A stretch of DNA of 64,000 bases. It comes from Torpedo marmorata (taxonomy: Eukaryota). The notes under the pieces were generated by a model. That model had not been told where the DNA came from. It did not search any database and worked only from the letters and a program-made list of their open reading frames with translations. This document shows, one piece after another, positions 23,659-37,219 of the stretch (position 1 is the stretch's first letter; every line of letters starts with the position of its first letter). The translations under genes and the position numbers were made by a program. The DNA is taken from positions 42,470,001 through 42,534,000 of the forward strand of contig OZ360238.1 of assembly GCA_977017645.1 (NCBI GenBank). Direction: 5' to 3'.

Positions 23659-26479
23659 AAACAAGAAAATCTGCAGTCGCTGTGATTGTAGTTTACACAA
23701 AAATGCTGGAGAAACTCAGGAAATCATGCAGCATTCTTTGTGTGGCAAAGATAAAGATACATAACCAGTGATTTGGGCCTGAGCCCTTAATCGAGGTGTG
23801 AGCAAAAAGCAGGCAGGCGGCTGAATAAAATGGTGGGGGGATGGGCTGGGGGAGGAGCACAGGGTCAGAGGCAAGTGGATATGGGTGGGAGGGCACAAGA
23901 GAAAAATACTGAGGTGATAGGGGAGTGGATAGCTCTCTGAATGGTGAGGGAAGGGGTGGAGAGCTGGAGAATATGAGTCAAAGGGATGAGGGAGACAGGG
24001 GAGTGGCCTAATGGAAACTGGAGAACTCAATGTTAATGCCATCCAGTTGGAGAGTGCCCAGACGGCATATTAGGTGTGGCTCCTCCAATTTACAGCTGGC
24101 CTTGGTTTGGTAGTGCATGACGCCATGGACAGACATATCAGTGCAGGAGTAGGGCATGGGATTTAAATTGTTGGCACTGGGAGATCCCTGCCATTGTTCC
24201 GGACAGAGTGAAGGTGCTCAGCGAAGCGTTCAGAATCAGAATTTATTGTCAGGAACAAGTCATTAAATTCGGTGTTTTGCAGCAGCATAGTGCAAACATT
24301 CATACTATAACCATCTTACGACATTACTATAAAAATATATAAATAATAGTGCACGAAAAGTAAGGCAGTGTCTTTGGTTCACTGATTATTCAAGAATCTG
24401 ATGGCAGCGGGGAAGAAGCTGTCCTTGTGCCGTTGAGGCTCCTGTCCCTTTATCCTGATGGTAGCAGAGTGAAGAGGGCATGGCCTGGGTGGTGGGGGTC
24501 TTTGAGGATGGAGGCTGCTTTTTTAAGACTCCGCCTCATGTAGATGTCCTCGATGGAGTGAAGTTTGGTGCCTGTGATGTCACAGGCCGAGTTAACAACC
24601 CTCTGGAGTTTATTCTTGTCCTGAGAGTTGGCACCTCCATACCAGGCAGTGATGCAACCAGCCAGAATGCTCTCCACGGTACACCTGTAGAGGTTTTCGA
24701 GAGTCTTCGATGACATACCGAATCTCCTCAGACACCTCACAAAGTATAGCCACTGACGAGCTTTCTTTGTGATTGCATCAACATGGAGGCTCCAGGACAG
24801 ATCCTCGGAGATGTTGACACCCAGGAATTTGAAGTTCTTGACCCTCTCCACTACTGAGCTCTCGATGAGGACTGGGTCGTGTTCCCCTGACTTCCTCCTG
24901 AAGTCCACAATCATCTCCTTGGTTTTGCTAATGTTGAGTGCAAGATTTTGTCGTTACACCATTTAACAAGCTGATCTATCTCCCTCCTCTACGCTTCCTC
25001 ATTGCCGTTTGTGATTCTGCCGACAACTGTGGTGTCATCGGCAAACTTGTAGATAGCATTGGAATTGTGCCTGGCCACACAGTCATGGGTGTATAAGGAG
25101 TAGAGCAGTGGGCTAAGCATGCATCCTTGGGGTGCGCCTGTGTTGATAATCAGTGAGGAGGAGACGTTGTTTCCAATTCGTACTGACTGTGGTCTTCCGA
25201 TGAGAAAGTCAGGGATCCAGTTGCAGAGGGGGGTACAGAGGCCTAGCTTCTTGACCAGCACTGAGGGAATAATGGTATTGAAGGCCGAGCTGTAGTCAAT
25301 GAAGAGCAGCCGTATGTATGAATTGCTGTTTTCGAGGTGATCCAGAGCTGAGTGGAGAGCCAGCGATATTGCATCTGCTGTGGAGCGATTGTGACGATAG
25401 GCGAATTGCAGTGGGTCCAGATCTTTGCTTAGGTACGTGTTAATTCTGGCCATGACCAGCCTCTCAAAGCATTTCATCACAGTAGAAGTTAGTGCTACTG
25501 GGCCGTAGTCGTTGAGGCAGCCCACACTACTCTTCTTGGGTACCGGGATGATTGATGCCCTTTTGAAGCAGGTGGGAACCTCTGACTGCCGCAATGAGAG
25601 GTTGAAAATGTCCGTGAACACTCCGGCTAGTTGGTTGGCGCAGATTTTCAGTACCCTACCAGGTACGCCGTCAGGGCCTGACGCCTTGCAAGGGTTCACC
25701 CTCTTGAATGATGTTCTGACGTCGCCCTCAGAGACAGATATCACAGGGTCCTCAGCCTTTTCAGGGATTCTAGTCGGCACTGTTTGGTTCTTCTTCTCAA
25801 AGCGGGCATAGAAGGTGTTCAGCTCATCGGGAAGTGAAGCATCACAGCCGTCTATAGTGTTCGCCCTCTCCGATGTCTCTCCGATGAAGAGAAGGCCACA
25901 ACAGGAGCACCGGATGCAGTAGATGATCCTCACAGATTCACAAGTGCAGTGTTGCTTCACTTGGAAGGACTGTTTGGAGCACCGAATGGGGATGAGGGAG
26001 GAGGTGTGGGCGTAAGTGCAGCACTTCCTGCGGTCACAGGGGTAGGTACCAAGGGCGTGATTAGTGGGAAGGGATGAGTTGATGAGGGAGTCATGGAAGG
26101 ATGTTGGATGCAGAGGCTGGTGGGGTGGTAAATGAGGACAAGGGGAATCCTGTCCTTGTTGTTTCTTGGGGCAGAGGGGGCTAGGGCAGATGTGCAGAAA
26201 ATGGAGGAGATGCAGGTAAGGGCTGAGTTGATAGTGGTAGAGGGAAAGCCACGTTTTTTGAAGAAGGTCATCTCGGATGATCTGGACTGGAAGACCTCAT
26301 TCTGGGAGTAGATGTGACGGAGACATAGGAATTGAGAGAAAGGAATAGAATCCTCACAGGGGACAGGGTGAGAAGAGGTGTAGTCGAGGTGGTTGTGAGA
26401 GCAGGTGGGTTTGCAGAAAATGTCTGTAGAAAGTTTGACTCCTGAGATGGAGACAGAGAGTTCCAGAAAGGGGAGAGTG
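23659..26479 (-). mobile_element. Penelope-like element (Neptune-type), 5'-truncated, split by a Rex1 insertion
   Basis: RT thumb LPFLE..STDIFCKPT.SHNHLDYTSSHP, Cys-rich linker, GIY-YIG-like IIYCIRC..LLFIGET, pLTR at 23659-23830; possible 8-bp TSD TCTTTGTT (23651-23658 and 26480-26487). Confidence 0.85.
24230..25866 (-). mobile_element. Rex1/Babar LINE, subfamily A copy 2, nested in the Penelope endonuclease
   Basis: Highly similar to 20048-21716, with the same RT motifs and (ATTCTG)n tail. Confidence 0.92.
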
Positions 26480-27308
26480 TCTTTGTTGTTGGGTTGGGTT
26501 CTTTGCAGAAGGTATTCCATATTCACTGTTGCAATCTTAGTGGAGGGCATAATGATGAATTTCTCATGGGAAAAAAATCTAAAAAATATGATAGACAGAG
26601 TCACTTCTGTATATCTCCAAGTAACAAAATAAACAGCTGAAAGACATCCTGCCTTGGAAAGTGATACTGTTCCCATCAGCTTTGCTGTGAAATGTCTCTC
26701 TAACTGAATACAGCAAAGAGGTTATTTAGTTCTCCAGCAAATTTCTGATTATTGCTTATATTACATATCGTTAAGATTTCTGGATGATCTATGGCTTCTT
26801 CAGAATAAGGCTCTTTTGCATAGTACTGACTTTTTGTCTCATAGCTGATTTAGAAAACGTACTATGTTCAAATTAGCTCCTAAATTTCCTTCGTGGCCAT
26901 ACTTTAATTGGATGTCCTGTTGTTGAAAGGCTTCAGTAAAGGCAAATCTGCCTGGCATTTTATTCTTTTTGTTCTTTGTTTCTGTCTTTGTTCCATCCTC
27001 CTTCTTGCTTTTCTTCTTTCTTTATACAACCTTTCTTTCCTTCTCGTTACCTCCTCTTTTTTTCTGTACTCCTTTATTTATGCAAATGTTAACTTTCAGT
27101 CAGTGGAGAAGTGGAAGAAGAATATCATCACCTCAGAAAGATTAGTTTTTACTTTAGAAGCTTCTGTTTTAAATCATGAACCATGGGTTTGCAACTGAAA
27201 TTATACCTGATGGGAATTGCTTCCCCAAGGTGTAATGCAATCCCATATTTTAAAAACACTGTGAATCTGTTGATGGTTTTGTAAGATTTATGTGCACTTT
27301 TCAAAATA

Positions 27309-27528
27309 CAGTAAAATCCCTGTAATCCAGAATGCAAGCAGCCGACAGCCCCAAGCAACCAGCAAAAATATCGAGCAAAATAAATAGGTAAAAAATACAG
27401 AAGTTTAAAATTGGCGCGCCTCGCCGTTAGTTCGCCAATCACGCCACATGCAATCTTAAGAAACCGGAAAATTCACTTATCCGGCATCTAACAATCTCCA
27501 TAGGTGCCAGATACCAGGGGTTTTACTG
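27309..27528 (-). mobile_element. Tigger/pogo-type MITE, copy 2
   Basis: CAGTAAAATCCC...GGGGTTTTACTG; reverse-complement homologue of 5900-6121. Confidence 0.85.
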
Positions 27529-27614
27529 TTTTTCAAAATAATAAACAAGATGTTGTTTATTTTAATGAAAAGTACAAAAAAATCAACTCTATTACCATCA
27601 ATTCAGAGATAAAA

Positions 27615-27815
27615 TAGCATAGTGGTGGCTATTAGATCAGTATCTCATGATCTGGATCTGGAATATTTTTCCAGAAGCCCAGAGTTCGAATCTCACCTCA
27701 CCAACTGTCAAATTTAAATTTGAGTAATTTGCTAAATCTAAAGTTTATTAATAGAGCTTGCATTGGTGACCACAAAACTGTTCAATTGTTGTTAAAAACC
27801 CACCCGGTTCACTTA
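27615..27815 (+). mobile_element. Old tRNA-derived SINE remnant
   Basis: B-box-like GAGTTCGAATCTC and AAAAACCCACCCGGTTCACT body resembling shark SINEs. Confidence 0.5.
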
Positions 27816-30800
27816 TGGAATGAACACTGTCGACACAGAGCTTGCACGACTGGTCAGATTAATTTGTATCATTCAGTGCTTTCAAGAGCAATAAAAACTG
27901 AAAATGCTGAAACCACTCAGTACATCAGTACTCAAGCTATTGGAAGAGATATAGAGTTAATATTTCAGGTAAAAAGTCTTTTGTTAAAACTGGGAAAGAG
28001 AAAAAACAAATTAGTTGAGTTTTGGGTTGGATAGACATTTGAGGGAAATAATTTGCAGGGCTGTGTCATTGAATCATAGAGTTGCACAGCACAGAAACAG
28101 GCCCTTCGCCCCAGTTTGTCCATGCCGACCAATTTGTCAACCCAAGCTAGTCCCGTTTTCCTCCATTTGGCCCGGATCCATCATTAAACTATGGGGAAAG
28201 AGAACTGGAATGGGGTTGGGTGGGGGGGGGGGGGAGCAGTTTGGATTGTTATACCAGGCCAAATTGACTGCTTTTGTGCCATCGCTTTTCTATATTATTC
28301 TCAGGCCTTTCGTGATACTGTTTGGTGCTGCCCATTGTCCTCTATCGCAGAATCCAAGTAGGTCAAAGACATTGACCCTTGCTGTTTGCAAGACACACAC
28401 AGGAAAATGCAAAATAGATTGTTGGTGGGATTCTTATTGTGCATGTTATTTTCCTATCTTTCTCATGGGGCATTTGACCTTCCCAACAACTTTGGTGACA
28501 TCCCATAGCTGGGAGAGAAACGAACCGGGGATATAATTATAAGAAATGGAGCCAGTCATTTAAAACATTTCTTCTCTCAGAGAATAGTGAATCGCTGGAA
28601 TTCTCTGCCTCAGAAGTGGTGGAGGCCGGGCAGTTTGCTATATTTAAGATGGAGAAAGATAAATATTTGTTATTGAGGAATTGAAGAAACTGATAGCAGC
28701 CTGTGAAAAAATTTTCTCCATTTTAATGTATCCAGTTCTTGACGGTTAAAATATTCTGAATCTTTCACTGCTCATAAGTGAATAACGTTATGCAGCAAAT
28801 AGCATATTCACTTAAAAGCATCCCATCGTTGTGGAAATAAAATATGATACTATAAAAGAAAAACAATTTCCTTAAGATCAGTCAGTGTAAGACGTTATAT
28901 TGGCCCATAATGTTTGGAATCTAGCTTCTCAAACTTACTGTAAAATCAATTGCTATTACTGGCAATTACTCATTTTACTGTCTTTGTGCAGTTGTGCTTG
29001 GGATGTTTTCACTTGGTTGCCAGTGGAAACATTGTATATCATGAAAACGCCATTAAAAAAAAACCTTTAAATGATGAGACGTTGTAAACTTGCTGTTTTC
29101 AAATAGATTGAGCCATCCTGAATACAGATCTTAAGCAGATAAACTGCTGTGTGACGGTGTAAAGGTTAGAAACAAGTATTCACCGATGCGTGCTTGTGCT
29201 CACCAGGGACTTGAGTATATGCAAGATGAGATAACAGGTCAGATCCCTTCGATCAGCTACCCCATCTTCCCTTTGGCACAGCACAGGTGGAGTCCATTAT
29301 TGGCGGACAGTTCTGTGTTGGCATCTGTCTCAGGCAGAATGTTGTTTGCTTTTTTCATTGACTAAAGTCACTCCACATAGCCGAACAGTATAGGCATTAG
29401 CAGTTCTGGTCTCCATTGTAAAAAGAGGCATTGGGAACTGCAAAAAAAAAGATTTACGACAAGTAATATTAGAACAGAGAGGTTACAACTCTCAGAACAG
29501 GTTGAGCAGACTGTGGCACTTTAGAAAAGAGAAGGCTGAGTGCTAATCTGATGGAGATCATTAAGATTTTGAGAGGGTTGAAATAAAGACTTTTCAACTT
29601 GAATCACGTGAAAGGACATAAATTTAAGTTATGGAATGCAGGCAGAAGTGCCAGGGGTTAGAATGCAGAGCTTCCTATCATAAGGAGTAGAAGTGAATAG
29701 GAAACATAAAGTACCGGGTATGTTGAAAGGAGGCTAAATAGGGAGAAATGAGTATGTAAATATTTACATTAAGAAGAAGAATATGAAACTCTTGTGAAGC
29801 ATAAGCACCACATGGACTACTTTTACAATTGTAATTACTTTGTATATCGATATTCAATGGCAATTCCAATGATGCCTAAACTTTTCCTTTGACTGCCTTG
29901 CAAGGCTCTCTGAAGCAGAACCCTAAAGGCCAAGACCGCGTTTGTGTATTTCCTCTCCTGAAGATTCCATCAAAATTAGATTTGGATACCTTCTAATTCC
30001 TGCAAGAGTGACTGCTTTTACACTTGAGACCAGGTGTTCTGCATGGGCAAGCTTCTTAACCAAAACCACTCACATGTTCATCACACAACTATCCATGCAC
30101 ATACACTTTCTGATATTTAATTTTTATTTATTCAGTCACTTAATGTGGACATTACTGGTGTGGCCGATAGTTATTACCCATATTCCCCCGACATTTAATA
30201 CCAAATGACAACAAAATACTGGGTATTATAAAAGATGCGCTTTATAAAAATCAAATATAAATATAGTTGAGAGGTGGCAAGGTGTAGTACATGTCCATCG
30301 AATTGCTTGAGTCTTTGATGAAATATGTTTTGTTCCCAGACTATATGTTATGAATATGTATTATTGATGCATAATATACCTAATTCCTACTTAAAAGCAT
30401 GTTAGTGGTGGTATTCTGCACCATGATACGTATTCTGTTATTAAATTGCAACCAGCAAGAATCAATTATTGTATAATTACCAGAAGAGAATAAATTGTTA
30501 CCTCAATGCACAAGAAGCCTGCCTACCAACATGTAATTGTAAGGGTGTACAGTTATCATGCATTTCCTTCCACCATTTTCCAATTAAACTATAAAAATCA
30601 GGGCTAAACAAGAAACAAAAGTCAGAGGAGTGCGCCAGCGCCTCCCTTGATGTATTATGGCATGGGGAAGATTATGGAGAAAGGAGGGAAAAAGACAATG
30701 AAGAGATCTAAAATTCAATAAAACTGTTCTTTAAATTGCATCCACCATCTTTGAGTATCCCAAACTCCAAAAAACTTGCTGTGCAATTTATATTTCCTCA

Positions 30801-30891
30801 TATTTTATTTGATTCTATTGGCCAACAGCTCAGTCTTGATGAAGAGTTTGGCCCGAAATGCTGACAGTTCTTTTTCTTCCACTGATGCTGG

Positions 30892-32232
30892 TGTGGTAAA
30901 CCACTGTAAATACCTGTATATATGTTTGTGGTCGTCTGGACACACCCCTTACTGGCTGTACCTGTGGCTCCTCCCACAGACCCCTGAATAAAACCTATTG
31001 TGCCACAGCTCCCTCCCCAGCCAGGACAGACGACCACCAGGAATGTGCATCCATTCCAATGTGAATAAAAGCCTATCAGTTCCTGCATAACTTCTAGTTT
31101 TTCAGAGTTATTGATGGTGCATCAATTTTATTCACATTGCTTTCGATAATGGATCAGTACCTGAAACCTGAAAAGTTGGAGCTAGACCCTCAATCACCCG
31201 AGGCATCCAACGGTTTCGAACACTGGCTGCGTTGTTTTGAGGCATTCTTGGGGGCCTCTGCTACTGTCGTTAAATCTGAGGAAGACAAATTGCAAGTGCT
31301 ACATTCCCGGGTCGGGCTCCGGGTGTACTCGATGATCAGGGACGCTGAATCTTACTGGGAGGCCATGGACACGCTGAGAGGCCAGTACCTGAAGAAGGTA
31401 AATGAAGTCTATGTGAGACATCTCCTGGCTTCTTGAAAACAGCGACCTGGGGAATCGAGCGACGAGTACCTACGGGCCCTGTGAACCCTCAGACGGGCCT
31501 GTGGCTGCAAGGCCGTAATGGCCGCGACGAACACAGAGGACCTCATAATAGACGCCTATGTCGCCGGTATCCGATCAAACTACATAAGGCAGAGACTGTT
31601 AGAGCAAGGTGAGCTTAACTTGCAGAGGGCTGTGGACCTAGCGGGCACGCTAGAAGTGGCCCTCCAAAATATGGATGCGTACTCTGCCGATAACACGGCC
31701 GCATCGTGGTTGCCAAAGGCGCTGCCGTCTTGGGACGCGGGAGGGCCGCAAGCCTGTGGAACATCGCCACGTTCCGTTAGCGACTCGACCACGGCCGCTA
31801 TGATCCGCGATCAGCCGAAGTGCTACTTCTGCGGGCTGGATATGCACCCCCGGAAACGCTGCCCGGTGAAAGACGCGGTCTGCGCTAGCTGCGGGAAGAA
31901 GGGGCACTACGCGAAAGTCTGCAAGTCCAAACCGCCCTCTAGACCCAGCAGCGCCGCGTGCGAGCAAGGGGCATCGCCATCTTCCCAACTCAGCAGCGCT
32001 GCGTGCGAACCAGTGGGGCCGCCATCTTGGTCGGCGCCATCTCAGACGGACCGAACATCCGATCACCGCATCACCCCTACAGAACCCAACAGCGACTCAG
32101 TGGATCAAGGGATCCCCTATCAACTGGCCAGATCGATGATGGACATTGAGGTGGATCACCACAAGACGAGCTGCCTCTTCGATAGTGGGAGCACGGAGAG
32201 TTTTATACACCCCGACACGGTACAGCGTTACC
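30892..32232 (+). mobile_element. Truncated Ty3/Gypsy retrotransposon (5' LTR, gag, protease)
   Basis: LTR 30892-31124 (TG...CA, internal AATAAA); gag from ATG 31149; no RT, IN or 3' LTR. Confidence 0.88.
31149..32232 (+). pseudogene. Gypsy gag-pro pseudogene
   Basis: One frame with two TGA stops (31434, 31482); zinc knuckles CYFC..H..C and CASCGKKGHYAKVC; aspartic protease LFDSGSTESFI. Confidence 0.88.
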
Positions 32233-33815
32233 GCCGTGCATTCATAAGGAGTATTTGCGAAACAACAAGAGATTAGGTGGATTGGGATTGCCGAATTTCA
32301 GATTGTATTATTGGGCAACAAATATACGATTTATAAATATATGGCTGCATTCCGAAGGGGCCTTGGAGGATTCGGGCTGGTTAAAATGTGAACTAATGTC
32401 TATTAAAAAGCACTCCCTCTCGTCAGTGATCGGTGCTTCCCTACCTTTTCCTATAAGTAAATTGTTGGTTAACAAAGTGGTATCCAGTTTAGGAAATCGT
32501 ACGGGTGGACTCGGTTCCTTTTGGCCGGCTCGATCTTGTCCAATACCTTTTTTTTCCAGCTCGTAATGATCTGATATTTAGATCTTGGGCAGAGAAGGGA
32601 ATCAGATCCTTCAAAAACATATCTTAATGACCAATTACCCTCTTTTGAGACTCTCTCTGCCAAGATTTTGCTGCCACATAATCAATTTTTCAGATATTTG
32701 CAAATTAGGCACTTCTTAAATTCATTACACCTTAGATTACCCACGGATCTAAATTTAGAAATTATTCAAAGTACATACGGCTTCCAACCGAACACGGGGA
32801 GACCATTATCGAATCTGTATCAAATCTTAGTGAATTTACAGGTTACCCCAGGAGACAAGCTTAAGCAACTATGGGAATTGGATTTACAAATTCAGGTCTC
32901 ACAAGACATTTGGGACCTGGTTTTATCCAAGATTAATATTTTGTCTCTTTGTGCCAGACATTCTCTTATTCAATTTAAGATTGTGCACCGAATTCACTAT
33001 TTTAAAACGCAATTGGCTAAATTTTACCCCAATATTTCTCCCCTATGTGATCGGTGCAAGATTGCTGAGGGTACGTTATTTCATATGCTCTGGCTTTGTC
33101 CTTCTTTGTATAACTACTGGACGAGCATATTTCGTACCCTTTCTTTGGTTCTAGATATTAATCTAGATCCATCTCCCTTCTGTGCTCTGTTTGGGGTGAA
33201 CATTGCTGTCAGAATACAATTGAATAAATCACAGAAGCATGTGGTGCCATTCACATTATTATTGGCGAAGAACGTAATACTGACCAAATGGAAGGACTCG
33301 GAGGCTCCTAAGCACTGTCAATGGCTTTCTGAAATTTTATCCTGTCTTTCATTAGAAAAGGTCAGGTGTAGCAATATAAATTCTAACATTAATTTCATGG
33401 AAATTTGGGGTCCATTTCTCAATAAATTTCCTTTGTTGTAAGCCCTGATTTGTCCTTTTGTGCCTGCGCAGTTGGGTCCAGGACGGGGTTTTGATTTTTT
33501 TTTTTCTTTCTTTTCCTCTTTTTCTCTCTTTCTCTTTCTTTTTTTTTCTCTTGTTTCTTGCTTTCTGATCTTTCTTTCTAGCTTCTTGTTTCTTGCTTTC
33601 TTTTTTGGTTCTTTTTTTTTTCTTTTTCTTCTTTAAATAATTGGTTTATTGATATGGTTTGTTATATGACTATGTTATGATATTTCCATTTTTTTTGTTA
33701 CATGTACGGATTTATGATACTATGTAAGGTGTACCCGTTTTTCATTTCTGTAAGTACTTTATTAAGGATTTCTATTTTGAAAAAAACAATAAATAAATTT
33801 ATAAATGAATAAATA
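32233..33815 (+). mobile_element. 5'-truncated L1 LINE (frameshifted), abutting the Gypsy fragment
   Basis: GGLGLPNFRLYYWA, FFRYLQIRHF, CDRC..HMLWLC, IWGPFL; T-rich 3'UTR at 33495-33632 and A-rich tail. Confidence 0.9.
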
Positions 33816-35173
33816 ACAATGTAATAACATCATCATATTTTTAAGTTGATCCCATAGTTCTGAAGCAGGTGCAATCGTTTACCTTGTATCTTACAGAAAA
33901 TAATATCCTTGCTCTTTAGCAGAATATGCTAATAAAATAAGTTTATTGGATATTATAGCAAATGTTATGAATCGTGTAAGCTGTTTGAAACATTTTACTG
34001 TTCGAAGCAGTATGTAACTACCCTAAACGTTGGTTATATAGCTTTACCTCCTATGAATGCTGTGAGTATTTCTGTGTTTTCACTACAATCACAGCATCTG
34101 CAGACTTTCGTGTTTCACTCTAACTAAATTATTGTTACTGAGTCTTCATATTGATTTACTTTGGAGTGAATTAATTAATACAGAAAAAGAGGCATTTAAT
34201 GCTCTAAAATTTGAAGTGATACATTCAACCAAACTAATGAAAGAAAAATGATGGTGGTTCAATTAAATCTATAATGGCCTGCATTATTTTCTGTATGAAG
34301 ACAATATCAGGATACTTAGAAGCAAGTTGATTTGCTAAAAGAGATGCTGAGATCATTTCACATCCTTCCTGCTTTACTACAATTGCATTTTATTTTCATC
34401 CAAGAAGGTTGAAAATTATATTTGTATCAGCAACACACTCAAGCCATTCCGAGCTGCTTCAATGTAAGTAAAGTGGGATCAGACTCTGAAAGAGGCTTCC
34501 TGAGATCTGATTCTGATAGTGCAAGCGGAAGTAGATGAGAGATTGCTTTTGAGCGTTACTAGCAGCAAAAAAGATCTGCCATTTTCATGTCAAAATAATG
34601 CATTTTATACTGTATAAAGCCTGACACTGATGTGCCCATCTCTGCTAGAAGCTGAATGTTGTTTATACAGGAGATGTGCACCATTTGTAGACCTAAGTGA
34701 GATGATGGACAGACAAATACCAGCCACTCCATCCTCAACGTAAGTTGTGATGCTCTCAAACATTGACTCTTCTGTGAAACCAGGAGCTATTTATCCCAAT
34801 CACAGCATGCAAATGTCCAGATACCGACACCAGAAATACACATTCTCTGCAGTTGTTAATGCTGGTAGACCTTTTACCATTCTCCTTTAGTCCGCCAATG
34901 CTGGAACTGAGTCCCTGTTATGACACCTCAGTGCCCTGCCGCTACCATCTGGGATGCCGCAGTGCAGGATGAAATGGATGTAAGTAGGACAGGATGAAAG
35001 TAATATGTAACATTGATAAAAACATTAAAAATTAGGCCCGAAGTAGGCCATAGGACAGCAAGGGCCTATTCTACCATTCAATGTAATCATGGCATATCTC
35101 ACATTTGGCTTTAACTATCCTTACCTGCCTGATCCTCATGATTCTCAAGTCCCTCGCAGTCAAGAAACTGCAG

Positions 35174-35420
35174 AGGAACTTCTTTAGCCAAATGGTGGTA
35201 AATCTATGGAATTTGTTGCCAAAAGCAGTTGTGGAGGCCAGATCATTGGGTGTATTTAAGGCAGAGATTGATAGGTTCTAGATTACCAGGGCATCAAAGT
35301 TATAGGGAGAAGGACGGGCAGTGGGGCTGTGTGGGAAAATGGATCAGCTCATGATGAAATGGCGGGGCAGACTCGATCAGCTGAATAACCTATTTCTGCT
35401 CCTATGTCATATGGTCATAT
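35174..35420 (+). mobile_element. CR1 LINE 3' end
   Basis: AGGAACTTCTTTAGCCA...GTGGAGGCC...TTTAAGGCAGAGATTGATAG...TTCTGCTCCTATGTC. Further CR1 remnants lie near 28540-28680, 29380-29870, 46400-47610 and 51270-51690. Confidence 0.75.
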
Positions 35421-37219
35421 CTATTGCATCTTAATATACTTTCAATAACTCAGCCTCCATGGAGTAGAGAATTCCAAGATATAAAACCATCTGTTATGAT
35501 GGGCCTTTAAACATTGTTACCATCATTGTGCATTCAAAATGTTTCAGTTGTTAATGTCTCTCGTACAAATGAAGACAAATAAAAAAAACACTCTAAAATA
35601 CCTTGCATGCATCATCTACAAAGGGTAAGAGTTACCGTAATTCTGGAATCTTCTCACCAATACTTTCTTCAAGAATCCCTCCCAACATCCTGCCTCTTTC
35701 ATCTTTGTGGCAAAATAGGTTTCTAGAGTTATTGGTTAATAATATTCTATGGTATTATAATTTTGGAAATTATTCATCATGTTTGGAGCCAGAATTGAAA
35801 AATTGTACAAAGATTTAACCATGTAATTAATTTCTCTTCCAGAAACTTTTTTTTTTTGTGAATTTATTTGAAAGAAATCCATAGTTCACCATGGTATTTT
35901 ATTGCTTCACACTTTTAAGTGCAGGATATATTAATCTCATACTTTTACAATTCTTTTTCATCTTGCACCAGACTATGTGTCCTTCATGTCTGTTTGGTTA
36001 ACTAGGGGACTTGGTGCATCTTGGTTCATAGATGGAGTCTTAAAACTGGCCATGTGGATCTTTTATATGTGAGAACAAGGTACTCCCAAAAAGAAAGGTC
36101 ACATTTCTGATTCATTACCTGCTCGTGTAATCCAACTGTTCTCAGTGCAAGTCACAAAAAATGATGCAACTTTTGTAATACTACAGTAACCTAATTAAAC
36201 TGACCTGTTAGGTTTGAAATGTCTGAAGGTCACTAGTTTCCTGTGTCATAATTTAAGCAGGCAAATGGTGACAAAAGATGACTAAATTAGTGCAAAAACT
36301 TGTCTTAATGTTCTCAGAAACTAAAGTTCTATTAATCTGATCAACCAAAGATTTCCGTCGTTTTAACCGATGAGTCTTATTTTTGCTTTCTTTAATGTCA
36401 AATTGCCACAACGTCACACACTTTTTTATCCCACGCTTCTCTAGTGGGTCTCACCAACATCTCTGTCATAACATTACATTCACTTTTATCCCACATCTCT
36501 AATGCATGTTGAGAATGTTATTTTGAAGCAGTTTTATATATGCAAGATATTATGTAAATTGGTTTAAAAAAATTTCCAGTAAAAATTTGGACATTACATT
36601 TTAAAATTAATTTTAAATCACAATGTCCAAGTACTACCGGTAATTTCCTTTCATTTTTTAGGTGTTTGCTATTGGATTATTGTATTGCTTCTGAATTTGG
36701 TTATCTTTTATCTTTAAACAGAACTAGTTTCTAATGAAGGAAGTTTCCATTTGTGATGTGTGGTTTTGTTTTATTTTCTGCTGAGCTTGAATCTATTAAT
36801 AGATGGTTATGTGACAGCATCCCATAAATAATGATGGGAGTGTTGAAATTGTTTTCCTGAAACTGGTAGTATTGAGGCAGGAACTTTTGCACTCAAGTGT
36901 CTCTTATCCAGCACTGGCTAGACTTTCATTAGTTTTTCAGCAAGAAGCTGAGGCCCGACATTCCATTATCACATCTTATTAGAGGTTTAGATATTAGAAG
37001 AATTATATTCTTTACGAACAGTATTTTTTTTTAAATGCAAAAGAAAATCCTTTGTTCATTGTCAGTAACACTGCAAAGATAAATGATGTAACATTAAAGG
37101 TTTGCTATCTTCACCAACTTCTAAAAACACCTACAGCTTCGCTAGTTAGTTATGAGGGGATATAATCCCACTATATTTATGATCATGGCTACCTCCAAAG
37201 AAAACTTATCTTTTCAACA

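Noticed and set aside
20295-25960. Retron, DGR or group II intron-type RT system suggested by repeated RT ORFs
   Set aside because: Motifs, microsatellite tails and 5' truncations identify ordinary non-LTR Rex1/Babar retrotransposons.
29180-30110. Additional minus-strand exon candidates near 29200 and 29990
   Set aside because: In-frame stops or weak splice sites in all frames tested.
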